Shown: positions 59,965-64,000 of the stretch, piece after piece
Position numbering within the stretch: position 1 is the stretch's first letter
How the letters are laid out: the number at the start of each line of letters is the position of its first letter
Assembly (NCBI RefSeq): GCF_018350175.1
Contig: NC_058368.1
Location: 17,362,001-17,426,000 of the forward strand
Reading direction: 5' to 3'
From: Felis catus
Taxonomy: Eukaryota
DNA length: 64,000 bases
Position numbers and translations under genes: made by a program
Notes under the pieces: model-generated
Told to the model about the DNA's origin: nothing
What the model saw: only the letters and a program-made list of their open reading frames with translations
The model's database searches: none

Positions 59965-61417
59965 CTGTTTCCAAAGCAAAAGAAATGCCACGGTTCAGAA
60001 GACAGGTGATATTAACGATATGCTTTCTATTTGCAAGAGAAATCCCTCTTCTTTTTCTCCTTTTGTATTCACGGCATTTGGAGTGGGACCGTTTGGGAAA
60101 GGAATAGGAGTCCTTACCGATCACGTCCAGGAATTGAAGTGAATCCCAGGAAGGATTCAGAAGCATAGCCGGATAGATCTTTCAAAAGCTATCAGGATTG
60201 ACCCCCAAACTATTCCTAATGTCATCCACCTAGAGCTGAGCAAATAGCCCACATTTTCTTGCCACGGACATCAAGCAGGCAGCAGCACACTGGCTCCTTA
60301 GACATTCCTGGATTTTGTCCCGGCTCTGCCATTGCAGCTGTGCATCATTGGGCCAGTTGCTTAACCTCTCTGATTCTTAGTTTTCTCATCCTTAAAAGGT
60401 TTCCTTTCAGGATTCTCGTGAGACTTGGAGACTATATATGTAAGAAATCTACCAGTGCCTCACGATAACTCAATAAATATCGTAGGGTACTTTTTGAGAT
60501 ATTACGTGCCTTGCTCCATTTAACCTCTGCCCTGTGTCCAGTTTTAAACAGGTAGCCAGGCACAATTTTTTTTTTTTTTTGTAGAGCACAAGCAGCCTAT
60601 AATCAAAGATATTTTTGTCCTCTGTAAAAACTTAAGACTACCCTAGGATAGCACATCGGTTATCCTGGATGGGGAGGGATGAAAAAGAAAACTGCCTTGC
60701 GAAACAGTAAGATCAGACAAGCAGTAGAGATCTCTGTGCTACCAAATGGCAAGTGATCTCTCGCCTTTCCATGATGTCTGCAGAACCCGGGGAGATAGGG
60801 AGACCTCCCAAGGAGCCAGTGACCAGACTGTGGCAGGGGAAACATCCAACTTGTCAAGCTCATGGGGCTCTTACAAATGATTTGGAGGGTTATGCAGAAC
60901 TGATATTATCTCATGAAACCTTGGGGACTCTGTGCCACGGTAGGGACTGAGGAGATGCCAAGACCAAAGCTGAATTTCCCTCCTAAGGTACGGAAGGGAG
61001 GCTCAGAATCAAAACATAATTGATTTAAAAAACATACAGAAATCTGTCTATAAACCGGGGTGTGAAAGAGGTGAGGAGGCTGCCTGCAACGTCCTCATCA
61101 ATATTATAATTATGGTTACTACCAATGTCATTACTGATATTGGTAGTGTGATGTCAGATTTTCCAGGGATGGCAGGCCCGTGCTGTCTCCATCGAATCCT
61201 GTTTTAATATTCCACTTACATGCAGAAACACATAGCCTGACTGAGAAATGGCGGCCCCTCTTCTGGAGTAATCTAAGCTAAAAAGGACTCTAAGCTCTTC
61301 AGAAAAGCTAACATGAACAATGCTAAGTCATAATTTCGAATTCCAAACAAAATGGGTGAAGTGTACAATTCCTATGGCTCCCCTTCTCCTCCAAAATTCA
61401 AATCCACCTTGTAGATT

Positions 61418-61606
61418 GGGTGGCTCAGTCGGTTAAGCGTCCGACTTCAGCTCAGGCCACGATCTCACTAGTCGTGAGTTCGAGCCCTGCATCGGCCTTT
61501 GCGCTGACAGCTCGGAGCCTGGAGCCTGCTACAGATTCTCCCTCTCCCTCTCTCAAATATAAAATAAAACATTAAAAATTGTTTTAAATAAATAAATACA
61601 TAAACA
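61418..61606 (+). mobile_element. Can-SINE, slightly 5'-truncated
   Basis: Starts at gggtggctcagtc; flanks share caccttgt. Confidence 0.9.
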
Positions 61607-61820
61607 AAATCTACACCTTGTGATTAGAAAGGAATAAAACCAAACACTGAGGCCCAATGTTTACAGCGGCCCTGTGTGTGTGTGTGTGTGCATATGGTTT
61701 TTGTGTGAGTGCGTGTGCATGCACGTGAGAGGGGTTCTTAGAACTGCTGATGTTTGGTGATTACTGATCATTAAAATGAACCGACTAAAGATACGGGCTT
61801 TTCATTCCCAGCATCTTTAC

Positions 61821-62024
61821 CTGGATGCTGTGGGCAATCTCCTCCCGGCCAGCTAAGATTTGGGACAAGGTCTGCGTCCCTAAGACATTTCTCAGAGTCG
61901 TCTGAGCCAACAGAAACGTGGCTTGGTGGACATCGTTGACGTTAGCCACTGCAGAGACAGCACTATGGATTCTGTAATAGACGACTCCATCCACTTGGGT
62001 AGTCACAGAGTCTCTGGTGAGGAT
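61821..62024 (-). CDS. STOML3: STOML3 coding exon (~exon 5)
   Basis: minus strand ctccag|ATCCT...CCAG|gtaaag; 204 nt; ILTRDSVTTQVDGVVYYRI...AQTTLRNVLGTQTLSQILAGREEIAHSIQ. Confidence 0.95.
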
Positions 62025-63027
62025 CTGGAGGGCAAGAACAGGGAAAAGCACGCGTTTACTACGACTTGCACAGCGACTCACAAAGTGCCAGCCAGCCTAA
62101 GAGCCCTCTCCACCGGAGGAGAGCGTTAATGATTACGGCTCGTGCCAGCATCACCCAAAATCCGCCCTGGCTTGAGTACAACATCATCGTAGTTGGCGAC
62201 AAAAATTCCTATACGTTTGTAGTCCGTCCCCAGCCCCGTAACTTCACCTCGGGGAAGTCTTACACCCCGAGGCCCTTGATTTGCGCTGGTGAGAATCAGC
62301 ACTTGTATTTTGCAACGTAGCAAGAGCACCTCTCTGGAATTCTACCCTCTAAACACAGGTAGAACGCTTGTCTCCCTGATGCCTGAAAACTTTTTGGTTT
62401 TCAGTTTTTATCACATTTGACGAACAGCAGTGCTTCTTAGAAAACATAGATGTCACCGGAGACCGCGTTCTGCATTCAGACAGAGAGGATGTTCTATAGT
62501 CTATATTTTACAGAGGCTCTGCCTTAATCGTTCTGAGTGAGGTGACAAGGGTCTCTGCAGCCACTGAGAGATCTCTGGCACAGGAGCAGAACTTAGGCCT
62601 CCCCTCTCCCATCTAGAACTGTTGATGGAAAGGCCCACGATAAGTCGCAAGGCATCCCAAACGCGCTCTCATGACACAGGCCGAATCCCAAAGAAAGGAC
62701 TCTTCAGTTCCCACCAGTGGCATGGTGAGAGGATTGCTGGGTCTGGACCGAGTTTCCTGGGCCAGAGAAAACTAACGTTGACTCATAACCCTCTCATCAC
62801 CTCTGCCCTCCCACACTGTAGGTCCCACTCCCATTTTCTTTCCTCTTCGTGAATCCTTCTGGTTATCAGTAACTCTGTTTCTCCTCCCTTTTCGCCCAGT
62901 TACTGGTCTTGGATATTTATTTACGGTGCTTTAAGAACTGAAAATAGTTATTTGAAATCCAAATGCCAGTGGGCTCTGTGCAATGTCTGTTCTTTCCCCA
63001 GGCCCAGCCACTGTGCTGTATCCACTC

Positions 63028-63112
63028 ACTATATATATATATAGATATATATATAGATATATATATAGATATATATATAGATATATATATAGATATATAT
63101 ATAGATATATAT
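63028..63112. repeat. 12-bp period (GATATATATATA)n repeat
   Basis: G at 63044, 63056, 63068, 63080, 63092 and 63104 within a (TA)n tract. Confidence 0.93.
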
Positions 63113-63493
63113 CACCTTCTGGAAAGATGACAGCAAGGATAATATCATAACCAAACCCTGCCCTCCACCAAATTAAATTTAGCTCCTTTATACAACTTAC
63201 CTGACTCTTCCGAGCATCTTGTCTATTGTTCCCCACCCCAGATTCTCTGCCAACTGTACCTTTTCTCTCTGTCCTCTGGCACTTTCCCCTCCTAGCCATT
63301 CCAAGGCTTAGAGCAATCCAACCCTTGCCCTTGGCTTTATTCTCAAAGCAAAGCCCAGTGGTTTTAGGACCCACCCACGGCTTCTCAAGCAGGCCTCCTA
63401 TAGTTTGAAAACGAACTGTAAAATGTCAACTGGCCATGTAATGGGGAAGATACAGGTTTTAGTTCTAGTTGATTTAGCTTTAACCAGCGTTAC

Positions 63494-63576
63494 CTCTTGT
63501 GGAGGAATGTTGCAGGTAACAGTTCGGAGATCAACTTTGACAAACACATCGATGCAGGGCAGGACCAGGATCAAGC
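63494..63576 (-). CDS. STOML3: STOML3 coding exon (~exon 4), SPFH/band-7 domain
   Basis: minus strand tttcttag|GCTTG...AGAG|gtaacg; 83 nt; GLILVLPCIDVFVKVDLRTVTCNIPPQE. Confidence 0.93.
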
Positions 63577-63659
63577 CTAAGAAAATGAAAATATAGCTTA
63601 AAATCTTACCTTATGGTAAAGAACTGCAACAAATCATATCCCAGTTATGTGATACATTA

Positions 63660-63910
63660 TTTTTAAGGATTTCTGTTTTAGTTTATTTATGTATTTTGAG
63701 AGGGAGACAGAGAGAGAGAGGGAAAGAGCATGCTTGTGATCAGGGGAGGGTAAGCGAGAGGGAGAGAGATTCCCAAGAGGCTCTGCATTGTCAGCACTGA
63801 GCCTGACCTGGGGCTCCAGCTCGTGAACTGCGAGATCATGACCATGAGATCATGACCTGAGCCGAAATCAAGAGTTGGACGTTTAACCGATTAAGCCACC
63901 CGGGTGCCCT
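63660..63910 (-). mobile_element. Can-SINE (older type) with small internal duplication
   Basis: gagatcatgacc present twice (63832-63843, 63846-63857). Confidence 0.88.
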
Positions 63911-64000
63911 ACAAGTGTCTTGACCCAAATACACCTCTAGGACAATGCTAGGCAGTGTGTTGGTTGGTTAGAGGGCCTCCTGATACGGCTAATATCCTTT

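Noticed and set aside
62931..63374. 147-aa ORF with YIYL repeats
   Set aside because: Microsatellite translation in a STOML3 intron
1..64000. Prokaryote-style novel systems (CRISPR array, operon, defence locus) or an intact retroelement ORF
   Set aside because: No repeat-spacer array, RT, integrase or transposase frame seen; the window is explained by two known mammalian genes and decayed repeats

Overview
Mammalian genomic DNA, almost certainly felid given the SINE and L1 types. It holds the 3' parts of two convergent genes. On the + strand are the last 18 coding exons of FREM2 (8617..44995; probably exons 7-24 by analogy to the 24-exon human gene, numbering from memory). They splice with GT-AG boundaries into one open frame of 3500 nt encoding Calx-beta repeats, the membrane-proximal region, a furin-type RKKR site, one TM helix and a C-terminal SSEV PDZ ligand, followed by an ~6.3 kb 3' UTR. 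On the - strand are the last four coding exons of STOML3 (63576..57780) and an ~1.3 kb 3' UTR. The rest is intron or intergenic DNA with 36 carnivore tRNA-derived SINE copies or fragments, L1/L2/MIR relics, LTRs, hAT-Charlie elements and microsatellites. Nearly all other listed ORFs are repeat-derived or antisense shadows. I see no new gene system. The most notable unexplained signals are a probable ~1.5 kb SINE-associated inversion in FREM2 intron 16, a SINE carrying a copy of its own flank, complementary SINEs in the two 3' UTRs, and several unusual splice-site configurations. Repeat family names come from recalled consensus sequences and need RepeatMasker/Dfam confirmation; repeat boundaries are approximate unless a TSD is given.
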